A stretch of 64,000 nucleotides of DNA from a virus, in the IMG/VR virus record IMGVR_UViG_3300020183_000007, positions 1 to 64,000 of that record; one strand, 5' to 3'. Position 1 is the stretch's first letter. Each line of letters begins with the position of its first letter. Made by a program: the position numbers and the translations under genes. The notes under the pieces were generated by a model that worked only from the letters and a program-made list of their open reading frames with translations, did not search any database and had not been told where the DNA came from. Positions 41,501 through 49,258 of the stretch are shown in pieces.

Positions 41501-43715
41501 TAATATTACCAGAAGAATAAACTGAATCCCAAATACTTTTTTTGATAAAGTTTAAACTAACACTATTATTTTTATTATTGAAAACTGGATCATTCAATAT
41601 ATATGATCCTTCTGTTGGATATAGGGTAAAGTAGTCTACATCAAATGGCATTTGGTCTGGAGTTAGGTAATTCAACAACCATTCTTTTTCTTGTGTCGTC
41701 AACTTTAATATGTTGCTTGATATAAATGACTGTACCTTGTATTTATAGATTCCAGCCCTGTAGTCACTTTGATTAATACCAGCAGTAATTATATCTACAG
41801 ATTGCCTAACAGCTGTCTTAATAGAAGGGGGGAATGTTGGCTCTAGAGAAAGAGACTTGATTTGATCTAAATCACGAATTGCTGGTGTATTTGGAGAAAT
41901 TTCAATTCCGAATTTTGCCAGCAAACCATTCCACAGTCCAAAACTTTGTTGATTAAGAATTTTTTCCTGCTCACTTCTGAAAGAAGAAGTATCAGGTAAG
42001 AACATTTTTGTTTGAGTTTCAGCTGGAGTATAAAAAGTTAAGTTACTACCGTCTCTCCACTGAGCAACTATATTGGTATATAAAACATCATTTTCATACG
42101 TGTTAAGCAGTTCTACTGTGTCATCCGTTAAAGAAGAATCTACTAGCGCAGATTCATCGATTAAAATAGGTCCATGTGGATTTTTCTGATATATATATGA
42201 GTCACTACGAATTATTCCAGTATTATCTTCTGTCTCTTGGACATTTTTATTATCGGACGTCTTTAGTAAGAAGGATTCGTTTGCGTATTTATGCATTGCA
42301 CCCGCTGCTTTACCCATGTACTGCCTGTATTTACCCCAATGAATTGCTTGATTAAAGTCTTTGAGCATTGGCAAAAATGGTTTGTGATTATAAGCGAGCA
42401 GCTCTAAATCAACCATTAAAGAAAATGGATAATTAGGAACTGTAGAAACAGACATAGAAGATAATGCCACAGCTGAAATTCCATGGACAGAATTTATATA
42501 ATCATTTTTTATTGGAAGTATTGGAGAGTATTTAAATGCTGCTACTAATCCACGCAAAGAAGAAAGAAACTTATCTATTTTTTCTTCCGAATCTCCAGTA
42601 TTCTTAAAATCTATTTTAAAATTTTCCTTAAGATCTATTGCCGAAGCATCGCTTATATGCATGCCCCATATTTCTTCATAGTTTGGAAAGAATAATCTTA
42701 AAGAGATTGAAGTTTCTTTATAGCCAGCATTATATTTGGGAGTATTTCTTTGTCTGATTGCTCCGCCAGTAAGTGATCCAGTTTTAAATGCAGAATTAAC
42801 CGTGATAGAAATAGGCGGTACATAAAAATTAGCTGCGCCTAAACGCAAATGAAAAATATCAGGTTTTTTGGGAGGTATATGAGCTCTATATGGAAAGTCT
42901 TCTATTGCCTTACGAATTCTTTCGGAAGTGTTACCTCCAATTCTAAAAGCCATAGTAAATATTGGCTCACCATTTGGAGCAAGACCAAAAGCTTTTTCCA
43001 ATTCATCAATAGCATCCTCTTCCCTATTGAGGGTATCCTCTTTTCCGCCACCCTTGCCTGCATTTGAGTAGTCGCCTGTTACAGCCAACGCATCAAAAAC
43101 AAACGTCATTAAACCCGGCAGGTAGTGATTTATAATAGAGAAAGATATAGGATCCGCTTGAAGATTGTAAACTACTTGGCTTAATAAAGTAAGCCATTCG
43201 GTATCAACCGCTGGATCTATGTGATAATCTAAAGACTTTTGTGTAATATACACATTTTGTAGTCTTTTCTTGCCCAATTCACTTATTTCATAGGCGAATG
43301 ATGCTAGATATAGTAGGCCGGTAGATTCTAGCCTTTTATACAAATTTACCAGAAGAGTATTGTCGTCAATGATTGAAGACAATGTGCCCCCAAGCGTAAA
43401 AACTCTAGTAGTAGCTTCTACCCTTTTCTGATAGTTATCTTTCGCTTCTTCCAGACCAGATGAATAATCTGCAAGGGTTGCATAATGATCTATATCAAGT
43501 ATGGGAAGAATTTCAGGCCTAGTTAAAGAAAAAAACCTTTCAAAAGCTTCTTCTGAGTTTTTGTACCGAGACTTAGGTAAATAATCATCGGTTAGATTAA
43601 GCGGACCAACCGTCATCATATTCACAAAAGCTTTTTGACTGTAATTATATGACAATGGGTCTGCGGAGTTTAAATTCTGTTCTTCTTGATTTTCCGATTG
43701 TTCGATATTAGACAT
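32559..43715 (-). CDS. Giant fused baseplate hub (3718 aa) with a C-terminal SNase-like nuclease
   Basis: Hub motifs RLKPGVRVHLRVGYG, FNGVITNVEQGE and IIIGNADIRPHDLVYL...FEVEQIVHHFTPEMGYITSI; SNase motifs near the C-terminus. Confidence 0.75.
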   Translation of the reverse strand: MSNIEQSENQEEQNLNSADPLSYNYSQKAFVNMMTVGPLNLTDDYLPKSRYKNSEEAFERFFSLTRPEILPILDIDHYATLADYSSGLEEAKDNYQKRVEATTRVFTLGGTLSSIIDDNTLLVNLYKRLESTGLLYLASFAYEISELGKKRLQNVYITQKSLDYHIDPAVDTEWLTLLSQVVYNLQADPISFSIINHYLPGLMTFVFDALAVTGDYSNAGKGGGKEDTLNREEDAIDELEKAFGLAPNGEPIFTMAFRIGGNTSERIRKAIEDFPYRAHIPPKKPDIFHLRLGAANFYVPPISITVNSAFKTGSLTGGAIRQRNTPKYNAGYKETSISLRLFFPNYEEIWGMHISDASAIDLKENFKIDFKNTGDSEEKIDKFLSSLRGLVAAFKYSPILPIKNDYINSVHGISAVALSSMSVSTVPNYPFSLMVDLELLAYNHKPFLPMLKDFNQAIHWGKYRQYMGKAAGAMHKYANESFLLKTSDNKNVQETEDNTGIIRSDSYIYQKNPHGPILIDESALVDSSLTDDTVELLNTYENDVLYTNIVAQWRDGSNLTFYTPAETQTKMFLPDTSSFRSEQEKILNQQSFGLWNGLLAKFGIEISPNTPAIRDLDQIKSLSLEPTFPPSIKTAVRQSVDIITAGINQSDYRAGIYKYKVQSFISSNILKLTTQEKEWLLNYLTPDQMPFDVDYFTLYPTEGSYILNDPVFNNKNNSVSLNFIKKSIWDSVYSSGNIIETLIVEEIEKRKVLGTETAVPDEKKIRQQVTDAFLLSLYDRFFSDGYIQNLMEAKRLREGDYHFQEWEVPMNRVDLDPKKAIVNGVSVSLGNNLSKLQVQMQEEPTYQYIGGKDSYVNISMTVFGERELYKIRAIFDHINSLARLEHSTGVIGFLGIKNIISALCGIKYVIPLNFKVDTIPNYPHVYNVQLSFVDFDIFQQKREKLSSKQQKDFIDHFGSKRNPFLRIKQLWGAFNAYPDMPLEVRDKENEIVGNLDPDFYFRSFEMFDRDVINNFTYQPDITKDFKFDYSDNWAKLGDARGIEIRKNQVKNRITDFLRRYAYKDIANEPLPQLLRANNNKILIDEIIDYVNSSGISVHNFISLFQEVVQAETSEFQTSEKQALLTDYVFISAQSTEDNPVFEEISGAGYSVGNVNYSSAETLNLIKQVLTNSHLATETEVSFNPDEVDFHKVIYLIPATNPQEAGSGSDIPAMMQSALGTHFGYINKDNGRFYLTVDGANVLIDDHGDKRLVENQVEDTQTPDRGCKNALTGVEGVQSLNKYQKAYDGSFGSHIQKMMNDVQYRDISGRMIRAFPTYMLWLIDEGGFFAGVKLFDNFYGLQSIVDFSVVSSEDLLGDTLIFRVSNMYSKLTTRPSTEIFNSRDNQPNDAPIDFTQGIESILDRTLNIAKNIVSGMRNDYVVDINNIRLKPGVRVHLRVGYGANPNSLQTVFNGVITNVEQGEIVTVTAQSDAIELSAIVNSTNKKGDTGKIDGGVDTGMYLSEPRDLMVRLLSMGASRFREAFARATNGTVFSENRFGIRHFGSTLYEPLSESERARADGIRNVVASVYSNLGQGDVGGAANAASFKLATNVFTRNPVSTFFGDGRIMTSMGQLMSNFCAEVDLEIFKRNIYPGNGTGFAQFLGGDIDDGWLTASSLVEEDSKKLKGQAYLERAGDRSWNRLIVEAQNESVSAKTAISTMTAGNQLVSSEGRANATKNILMGGLAGAVGLIPGVNFAIGSGIAGGGLFGILRGRGGTNLFRTMGIISPNDDDDLPGFDEVSFRAQTYMRTVWDLFQVCARLLPNYIVAIRPFEDRSTIFYGKPHWLYTSGVVPVTTGFPSTQRGSELELPGYPKYRSADEDIQNIMSNINRSSNTLADYEAFKRSNELSDTMASLASDQVNSQGIYKPTAFLKEKLINFNSPLASSFSETQDDGTKVVVAKLPTVVGLTRVGFHLPVGDPTTTIAPMTKAHAQLDNLPPRFRYPFYTINETIILDSTSYSIRDGGVFQNAASHFKDIGKSGRKFLDNEGEVPMDAEEFQGFVNEAMAEDRRSFGGATFMANMFTLLQYESKFILNNELTLVPSSGILELDRPLGFSTFIDNIIDVDGLSFIGGANTKYVRMPLPSVLANRLSISVDPAAITQYSVSSSEAKRNADDYSFEYEISNQISYEEWGSPGDLPASQQTAAEAEQFYIAMKWPYNPGFSSTQAPSGFNNITVYDETLEKFKEKYGFTDLYGTAEDYKKRKVLVYSPRTNRAVVCAPAYFLWGDDDDTAAAVVSPDAAWYLGNFISKNLSFKLTANSEESDILNQLPSWINTMASAAGAVGSAAGTALGYALNVSQYISAPIYIGNRITDRLNVSIFGNEDELNYENESGLSINPQPVECMFAFVPDDVPVGVISSAAAPIKRFLERGARSPDDSMILGFGNYTMTEDGQLSELTARRTTSQDLINELQGGAGSRFKVYDEDMVDPPNIFSEWIPINAEISSSRFDFGGNALAVPDGRDKPFIGYFNALLDATNFNSSAESGGLGSSEDSDLVGNEQLSRSYLYDVLDEELSTTGDVKTSKGRAAFLSVYDPLDSVSVEARSYYDENFDPNVSVIAGNGRNLNQANDIWDQFRFGYHTYDSVKAIFARIYGMDPDSTDAFPEEFARILGSSNENSFSNFEDSNIPIAGLSNTENTAVDELAILLGADYFNIPNNPQMGGQGVPSTNATQRRNAVEFIRKNYIDLIAAEKESDTGIIQFFNATIADALNGIKENFFESGVTNSILEYALENKKNPEEAIALSEKIKTPKQLFLLMVGIFRQNLWSTAYGRAWLVLKPNRKRGIITSGGGGSEGQWSFKPVDKIFEAFINPYGEYAKDKNKFLKLLVSTKSEGTGSSTFISGISESVGNFYDRNIGPIMSAIGDGLSGLLGMFKLAMMQMGYAITEVGNFSRQAHILNKVLNDSIYYSLGREGSLLRAVDNPFTREYGEPVVEVRQSFQRLHYLSSFSHIISNQIQENLNGVSTVVTAVSDGKYPITVALDKGAPAERQTEKTVETGLYYDNFVGSGFLGVLHPLMHPLETVRGIAKNIQGTPDELSARRIALAHLRESIKDIYGGELIIIGNADIRPHDLVYLSDVYERMYGIFEVEQIVHHFTPEMGYITSITPNALVTVNDPARWFLSSWINSWFTVQNLRNDTRFYMDNIMASNSGINLGGMVSVDALSDALSPQMIGGLQYTHGSTALIKDIMANQTATTLPQKAEAVIKQYGSSASRSVFQGMTTALTGGVGIAAAAAGAGATGVAGFAMGLSVPIVGQLAWKGWKWIRDNVLDQHGCYVQYLSKNGQPMDAGLSYNQGMVVGRHHSKVLLPGLLGARTKVRTPEGNIFIRSDDLLKSLGWQERQTTDLIRYIDYENALVHARVLQLSGLGPDKTNLQPSLFSVIAKVIKFKDGDTFDVQDVISGAKFTVRFDGIDSGEINTFTVTSNDGDLGVSYSNDSTPSTKMTAINTPGGKAKIFVQSKLENRLVVLRIRINNAASSSVISESDFEAGAEQNTVANYTKDVTESNRILGTVWYYQPESIVQAAKDFVEKCFIDNQIGAGAEQKIKQLFFNSIYQDSPLFVKKDSILNALSALGLVYTSPLSITLDTNTKYGLSNSETIKLYNDLVQYKVLESTYNKTREWPTIFWDEYYENGHPVTLNWELVTNNLATVYTKQLQIEGNSVISAEESAIMPARVGQ

Positions 43716-43723
43716 GCTTCACC

Positions 43724-44170
43724 TTAGGTAAACGTCATATTATTTTTGATAATCTTAGACAATCTTTCACTAGAAGAATCTTTCATAGTGGAAGAACTAT
43801 AATTATCTATTATACTACTTCTTGTTTCTTTTGTAAAAGAATTAAAGTTAAAATTACCACTTAATTTTGTATTAAAATTTTTAGAATATCTAGCCTTTTG
43901 ATGTCTCTTGCCACTATAACCACTTTCATCCATCAAAATATGTGCGGGAGATGAATTCTCTAAACCCTCAAAAGAGCCCCTAACCTTATCCGACTGACCA
44001 GATGCTTGAATCTTTTGGCGTGACTCAGACACAACATTCTTAGTAGGGCTTTTACTCGAAGCTATTTTTGCTGCATACTTATTAGCTGTAATGCTTCTAT
44101 GAGATGTATCTTTTGGCTGTTTTGCAGCGGAGGCTAAAGTTTTATTTTGATCTTTAACACTTAATATCAT
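43724..44170 (-). CDS. Lys/Ser-rich basic hypothetical protein
   Basis: 148 aa, between the RNAP-like gene and the hub gene. Confidence 0.7.
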   Translation of the reverse strand: MILSVKDQNKTLASAAKQPKDTSHRSITANKYAAKIASSKSPTKNVVSESRQKIQASGQSDKVRGSFEGLENSSPAHILMDESGYSGKRHQKARYSKNFNTKLSGNFNFNSFTKETRSSIIDNYSSSTMKDSSSERLSKIIKNNMTFT

Positions 44171-44180
44171 CTAATCAACC

Positions 44181-47100
44181 TTAAAATGAGCTAGCGAGCT
44201 GCTGATATGGATCAGACGTCACACTTGGGATCCTATTATACATAGTACTGTTAATCGGTCCATTAGTAAGTCCAGAAGCTGCTTGTTGAAATCTTTCAAC
44301 ATCCTGCCTAGAACCATATAAGGAAACCTTGTAACTCATTCCAGAAGCAGATGCCTGTCCACCAATTTGGGGAACAGAAACATTAGAAGTTGGATATCCC
44401 TGCTCATAAGCTGATCCACCAGGAAGAAGCGGAGGACCCGCAGCGTCTTCTGTTGTTTTATCTTTTTTATTTTGATATAAAAAGCTTCCCGCTATCAATA
44501 GTCCTGCTGCGATGGCAGTTTTTTGAACAGATGGCTTAGAAAACTGCTCTGTTAAATAATCCATATCTAAACGTTTAAATTTAGATGGATTTACATTGGA
44601 TGGAGATTGATCTTCAAGATCTCTCAAAACATTACCAACTATACCCTTTGGTTTATCTTTGCGTCCGACGACTTTATCTGCAGATATTTGACCATTCAAA
44701 AAATCGTCTATTGCGGGATCCAAAATGTCTCTTTCATATAGAGCCCTAGATCTTATGGCATTAGATATGGTTTTTATAGTTTCATCTGTAGTATCTTCCA
44801 CACCTTTTCCTACAGCTTGACTTAATTGTTGCATGTCGATACCTAAATCTGCAAACATTCCAGAAACATCGCCATATTGAGAAAGGTCTAAAGCCCTTTG
44901 TTTGGTGTTGCCTTCAATAATATCCGTAAGCAGTAACTCCCTCGTGGATGATGTGGCGCTAAAGAAATTGTCAACAATATTTTTGACTTGTAAATTTGAA
45001 GTTGCCTTTGTGTAGGCTGCTTTATTCCTTTTCGCCATGTTAAGTCTGGCAAAAAGATTAGCAAATTCTTCATTTGAATCCTCGGTAAGATCAGTTAACT
45101 GCTCAAAAACATATGAGCTCATTCCACGATCTGAAGCTTCTAATTGAAGTGCATTTAATAAATTAAATCCAGTTAAAGGTCTTTGTGATCTAACTTCATC
45201 AATTCCTCTTAATAAATTGTCTCCTAATTCAGTTTTTAATATTTCAGCTCTTAATCGAGCCTGTTCAAAGCCCATAGATAGCTCTTGCCTTCTGGCAGCA
45301 TCGATAAACTGTCCATCCTCTATGCCTTCTCTAAATAATTTTTGTGCGTCTCTATAAGCTGCATTGGCTTCCATAAGTTCGTCAAAAATATTCTGATTTG
45401 CATCTAAAATAGCTTTTGCAGATAATTGTGCTTCAGTAGCGTTTTTGCCCATGCCAGCAGTAAGCGTATCTCTTAGTTCTTTCATATTATCGCCAAATCT
45501 TTTTCTCGCTGCGTTGAAACTATCTTGAGCTTGCTGAGCAATTTCAATTGTTTTAGAAAGATTACCTCTACCAATAACTCCTATATCTGTTAGGGCCGTT
45601 ATTATTTTAGCTTTAGAAGGGGCATCTCCGCCTTCAAACAGATTCTTTAATTTACTAAGATCTTCATCAGTTTGTATTCCTTCAGCAATCCTAGCCTCAG
45701 CGCCCTTTATATAACTCTCAGCAAAAGCTGTAAGGTCATCTTTGTTTAACTTTCCAAAATCAATGAGAGCCTTGTCGAGAACAAACTGTTGCCCCCCTCT
45801 ATGTTGTAGATATCCGAACATTTCCCCATATTGACTCACAGCTTCTGCGCCGCTTGTTTCTAGATCAAAATTATTTCCATACATTCTTCTAAAAATATCC
45901 ATGCCATATCTAGTATCTGCTGCTGCTTCTGCCTCCATTTTTAATTTCAGTCTTCCAGAAGTAAATGTTTGGGTCATGTCTACTGCGGTTTCCGATGATG
46001 GAAAACCTACCAATAGCCCTTTCCCATTGTCATATCGCCTAAGTGCATCGTTAATTGCTTGATCAGATCCAAAAGCTTTTTCAAATTGAGCCAAACCATC
46101 TGCAATTACCGTAGCTCTGTTAACATGCTTACCAAGATTGTTAGCGTTTTCCGTAGATGCTTTTTCCATGCTTTCAAGATAGAATTTATTAAATGCAATA
46201 GCTTTTTTATTTTTATCTAATTGAAAACTATCTAAAGTTTCACGAAAAGCTTTTGAAGCTTTCTTTATATCTGCCTGTGCCTGTTCTAATGCCGCCAGCT
46301 GCACTGGATCATCGTAAACAGAACCAGGTATAAACTGACCGGAATATGCCGGACCTTTTAATGCTTGTATCTGATCTCTGATAGCACCTAGTTGCGTTTT
46401 TTGCTGATCTGTCATAAGATGCTCATACATCCGATAAATATCATCTTCAAGATTCATTTCCATAACTTCAGTCTTTAACTTTTGAAAGCCAAGGGAAGTT
46501 AAGCCCGGATCAACGCCAGCAAAATCAACTAATCTAGATCCTGCAAAAAAATCAACTGTACTAGCACCCTGCTTTAGGACGCCTAGTGATTCGAAATATG
46601 CTCTATCAAAAGTTCTTGCTTTTCCACCATACAATCTATCTCTAACATCTATAATTGTTTCCTCAAGTTCATCTAATAATGCAGACTGATCAATTCGTGT
46701 CATTTCTTCTGATGTGAATTTTCCAGATAAATTTTGCTGTAAAATATTTAATCTGTCTAAGGTTGGAGAACTACCAGAACCTGCCAATTTTTCTTTTTCA
46801 TCTAAAATCATTTGATCTAAAGTTTTCATAAAATCTGCGTTATGACCAAATAATTCTTGATAACTTTCTATATCATTAAAGCGAACAAACCCAATCATTT
46901 CGCCTGCACCCGTGGGCTGACGAGCCATGGCCATAGCCAAACGTCTTTTGCCATTAGACATGTAGGTTCCCAAAACTGGTAGCCCTTTGTCGTCAAGGTC
47001 GAATCCACCAAGAGCATGGTGGAACCTAATAACATCCCTTTCGCTCATTAATAAGTTGTGATTAGAAAATCTTACACGAGTTGTACTGAGACTGAATCCT

Positions 47101-49256
47101 TCATCCATCATTATATTTTGATCAGTCATATCCAAGAACATTCTGCCACTTGATATACCAATCTGGGTAGATTCTGCGTTCAAAGCAAATCTATACACAT
47201 CGGGCATTACTGGTAGTGGTATTCCCTTTTTAATCTTAAAAAATTCTTTTTGAGCAAAATCTATAATTCTATTCATAGCCCTGGGATGCTGATCTAGCGG
47301 AATGCCACTTCTATGGATTTCAAGTATCTCTTGCGCCATATTCCTATTCATTAGTTGAGAAAATTGCTGAGTGTCTAATATATCTTCAGATTGGAAATTT
47401 GCAGCGCTTAATAGGGATTGATAAAATTTTCCATTCTCATCAATCCTATTTGCTTTTAACATCTCGTTAAATTCTTTTTGTAAAGCAAGAGAATACTCTC
47501 TACCCAATTGTTGCGATTGTGGCGAACCAAATACTGCTGCATGAAACGCATCAAGCATAGGATCGGCATAGACTGCACCTTTAGACTCTCCGGTACCAGA
47601 AATGTTTAGAATGTCTGTTAAACCAGATATTCTAGTTTCTCTTTTCGTTGTTGCCTTTGGTGCAATAATAGAATATTTTGTATATCTTCCAGTAAACTCA
47701 ACACTCATTGCTGCGCCTTTTAGAGAGAATATTCTAGCGGGGCGCGCTTGATCTCCCGCATCAAAGACAACATTTCCACGAACAGTTATTTGAGACAAGC
47801 CCTTAGATTTATCTAATTGGCTCGAGGATCTCTGAATTTCTCTTTTTTTCAAAAGAATATCTTGTTTTTCTAATCTACTAGTAGCCTGTGCATACTGTTT
47901 ATCTAATTCATCTATCTCAGATTGATACCCTTTTCGAATAGCTTTAGTATAGGAATCATTTATCAACATAGAACCATCTGACCCCTTTTCCATCTCATCA
48001 AGTAAAACGTCAATAATGTTAAACTTTTTATCTATTTCACTTAAAGCCTTTTCATCGCCAGCTGCACCTTTTTCTAACCTATCTTTCAATAAACCAAGCT
48101 TACTTTTCAAAACATCTGTACCATATTTGCCAACAGTAATATCTACATCTCCACTGTCTATAGCGTCTTGCATAGCTATCTTTAGATAATTGCCAATATC
48201 AGAATATACTTCAGTTTTTATTGGCCCTGGCCCAGTCTGTCCACGAATTACCTCATCTAAAATTATTTTATAAAAATCCTTAGATCTATCTTGACCCCCA
48301 ATCATCCAAGAATCTCTTATTCTTTGCGCTGCGTCTGCGGCTTTTTCTGCATTGTTCATTCCTGAAACATTTTTCAATGTATCAATATCTAGAGCTAACC
48401 CCAGTGCCTCAAAAACTGGATCAGTGTTAAGAATTGAATCAGCGAATGATAACCCAGGCTTACCAACTTCATCCAATATTGATTCTAGAGCACCACCAGA
48501 AACAGAAACCTCTCTTGGAGACAAAACGCCACGCAATCTTTTATCCAACTTTTGAATTAAAGAAGCTACTTTTTTATTTCCCGACCTCAAAGCGTCCTCT
48601 AAAACATCTGGATCTATAGCAGATACATTTGCTGCCTGCATCACTTCCAATGTTTGATCTAAACCTAGAACTTGTTTTTTGCCAGCAATTGTCGCAACCA
48701 AGTTCAAAGCAATTCCGCCATCATCCGTAGGTAAGAGTAAACCATAGCCTTTTTGCTTCTGTGCATCAAAAAAGGCTTTTAGCGCTTCAGTGCCCTGCTG
48801 AGTATCTAGTCCACCTTTATGAATAGCGATATTCATCTCTAAAGCTTCTATACCAAAAAGATTTTGCTGTATGGCGACTTTTTCCATATCCCTTAAAACC
48901 TGACCATATCCCCTATATACAACGGGGACATCATCTTTTGATAATCTGTAAACTTCAGTAATATGCAGCGAAGAAAAATATTCTATAGCGTCGTTAACAG
49001 AGTTAAATACTTTCCTGCCTTCATCTGGATCAAAATAAGATGACCTATATTTTAAAATGTTATCTGCTGGATCGACAAACGGTTCTATTAACCTTTTTTG
49101 GCCAGTAGGTATTTTTCCTATTATTCTTCTAGCTGCTCTAACTTGTTTCTCTGGAGATAAAGGAGACAAGTACGCAGACAAATAGTCGCTAAAGGATTCA
49201 TACTCAGGAATCTCTTGTCTTCGTTTTTCTAGAAAACTAGCTATTTTCCCCAACAT
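44181..49256 (-). CDS. Putative single-subunit two-barrel (YonO/RdRP-like) RNA polymerase, probably virion-associated
   Basis: SDG (D427), QITVR (R493), KG (K513), TTK (K538), GGFDLDD (D753-D756), RQP (R779), NLGKHVN..VIAD (N1040), SETAVD (D1093). Confidence 0.68.
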   Translation of the reverse strand: MLGKIASFLEKRRQEIPEYESFSDYLSAYLSPLSPEKQVRAARRIIGKIPTGQKRLIEPFVDPADNILKYRSSYFDPDEGRKVFNSVNDAIEYFSSLHITEVYRLSKDDVPVVYRGYGQVLRDMEKVAIQQNLFGIEALEMNIAIHKGGLDTQQGTEALKAFFDAQKQKGYGLLLPTDDGGIALNLVATIAGKKQVLGLDQTLEVMQAANVSAIDPDVLEDALRSGNKKVASLIQKLDKRLRGVLSPREVSVSGGALESILDEVGKPGLSFADSILNTDPVFEALGLALDIDTLKNVSGMNNAEKAADAAQRIRDSWMIGGQDRSKDFYKIILDEVIRGQTGPGPIKTEVYSDIGNYLKIAMQDAIDSGDVDITVGKYGTDVLKSKLGLLKDRLEKGAAGDEKALSEIDKKFNIIDVLLDEMEKGSDGSMLINDSYTKAIRKGYQSEIDELDKQYAQATSRLEKQDILLKKREIQRSSSQLDKSKGLSQITVRGNVVFDAGDQARPARIFSLKGAAMSVEFTGRYTKYSIIAPKATTKRETRISGLTDILNISGTGESKGAVYADPMLDAFHAAVFGSPQSQQLGREYSLALQKEFNEMLKANRIDENGKFYQSLLSAANFQSEDILDTQQFSQLMNRNMAQEILEIHRSGIPLDQHPRAMNRIIDFAQKEFFKIKKGIPLPVMPDVYRFALNAESTQIGISSGRMFLDMTDQNIMMDEGFSLSTTRVRFSNHNLLMSERDVIRFHHALGGFDLDDKGLPVLGTYMSNGKRRLAMAMARQPTGAGEMIGFVRFNDIESYQELFGHNADFMKTLDQMILDEKEKLAGSGSSPTLDRLNILQQNLSGKFTSEEMTRIDQSALLDELEETIIDVRDRLYGGKARTFDRAYFESLGVLKQGASTVDFFAGSRLVDFAGVDPGLTSLGFQKLKTEVMEMNLEDDIYRMYEHLMTDQQKTQLGAIRDQIQALKGPAYSGQFIPGSVYDDPVQLAALEQAQADIKKASKAFRETLDSFQLDKNKKAIAFNKFYLESMEKASTENANNLGKHVNRATVIADGLAQFEKAFGSDQAINDALRRYDNGKGLLVGFPSSETAVDMTQTFTSGRLKLKMEAEAAADTRYGMDIFRRMYGNNFDLETSGAEAVSQYGEMFGYLQHRGGQQFVLDKALIDFGKLNKDDLTAFAESYIKGAEARIAEGIQTDEDLSKLKNLFEGGDAPSKAKIITALTDIGVIGRGNLSKTIEIAQQAQDSFNAARKRFGDNMKELRDTLTAGMGKNATEAQLSAKAILDANQNIFDELMEANAAYRDAQKLFREGIEDGQFIDAARRQELSMGFEQARLRAEILKTELGDNLLRGIDEVRSQRPLTGFNLLNALQLEASDRGMSSYVFEQLTDLTEDSNEEFANLFARLNMAKRNKAAYTKATSNLQVKNIVDNFFSATSSTRELLLTDIIEGNTKQRALDLSQYGDVSGMFADLGIDMQQLSQAVGKGVEDTTDETIKTISNAIRSRALYERDILDPAIDDFLNGQISADKVVGRKDKPKGIVGNVLRDLEDQSPSNVNPSKFKRLDMDYLTEQFSKPSVQKTAIAAGLLIAGSFLYQNKKDKTTEDAAGPPLLPGGSAYEQGYPTSNVSVPQIGGQASASGMSYKVSLYGSRQDVERFQQAASGLTNGPINSTMYNRIPSVTSDPYQQLASSF

Positions 49257-49258
49257 TT

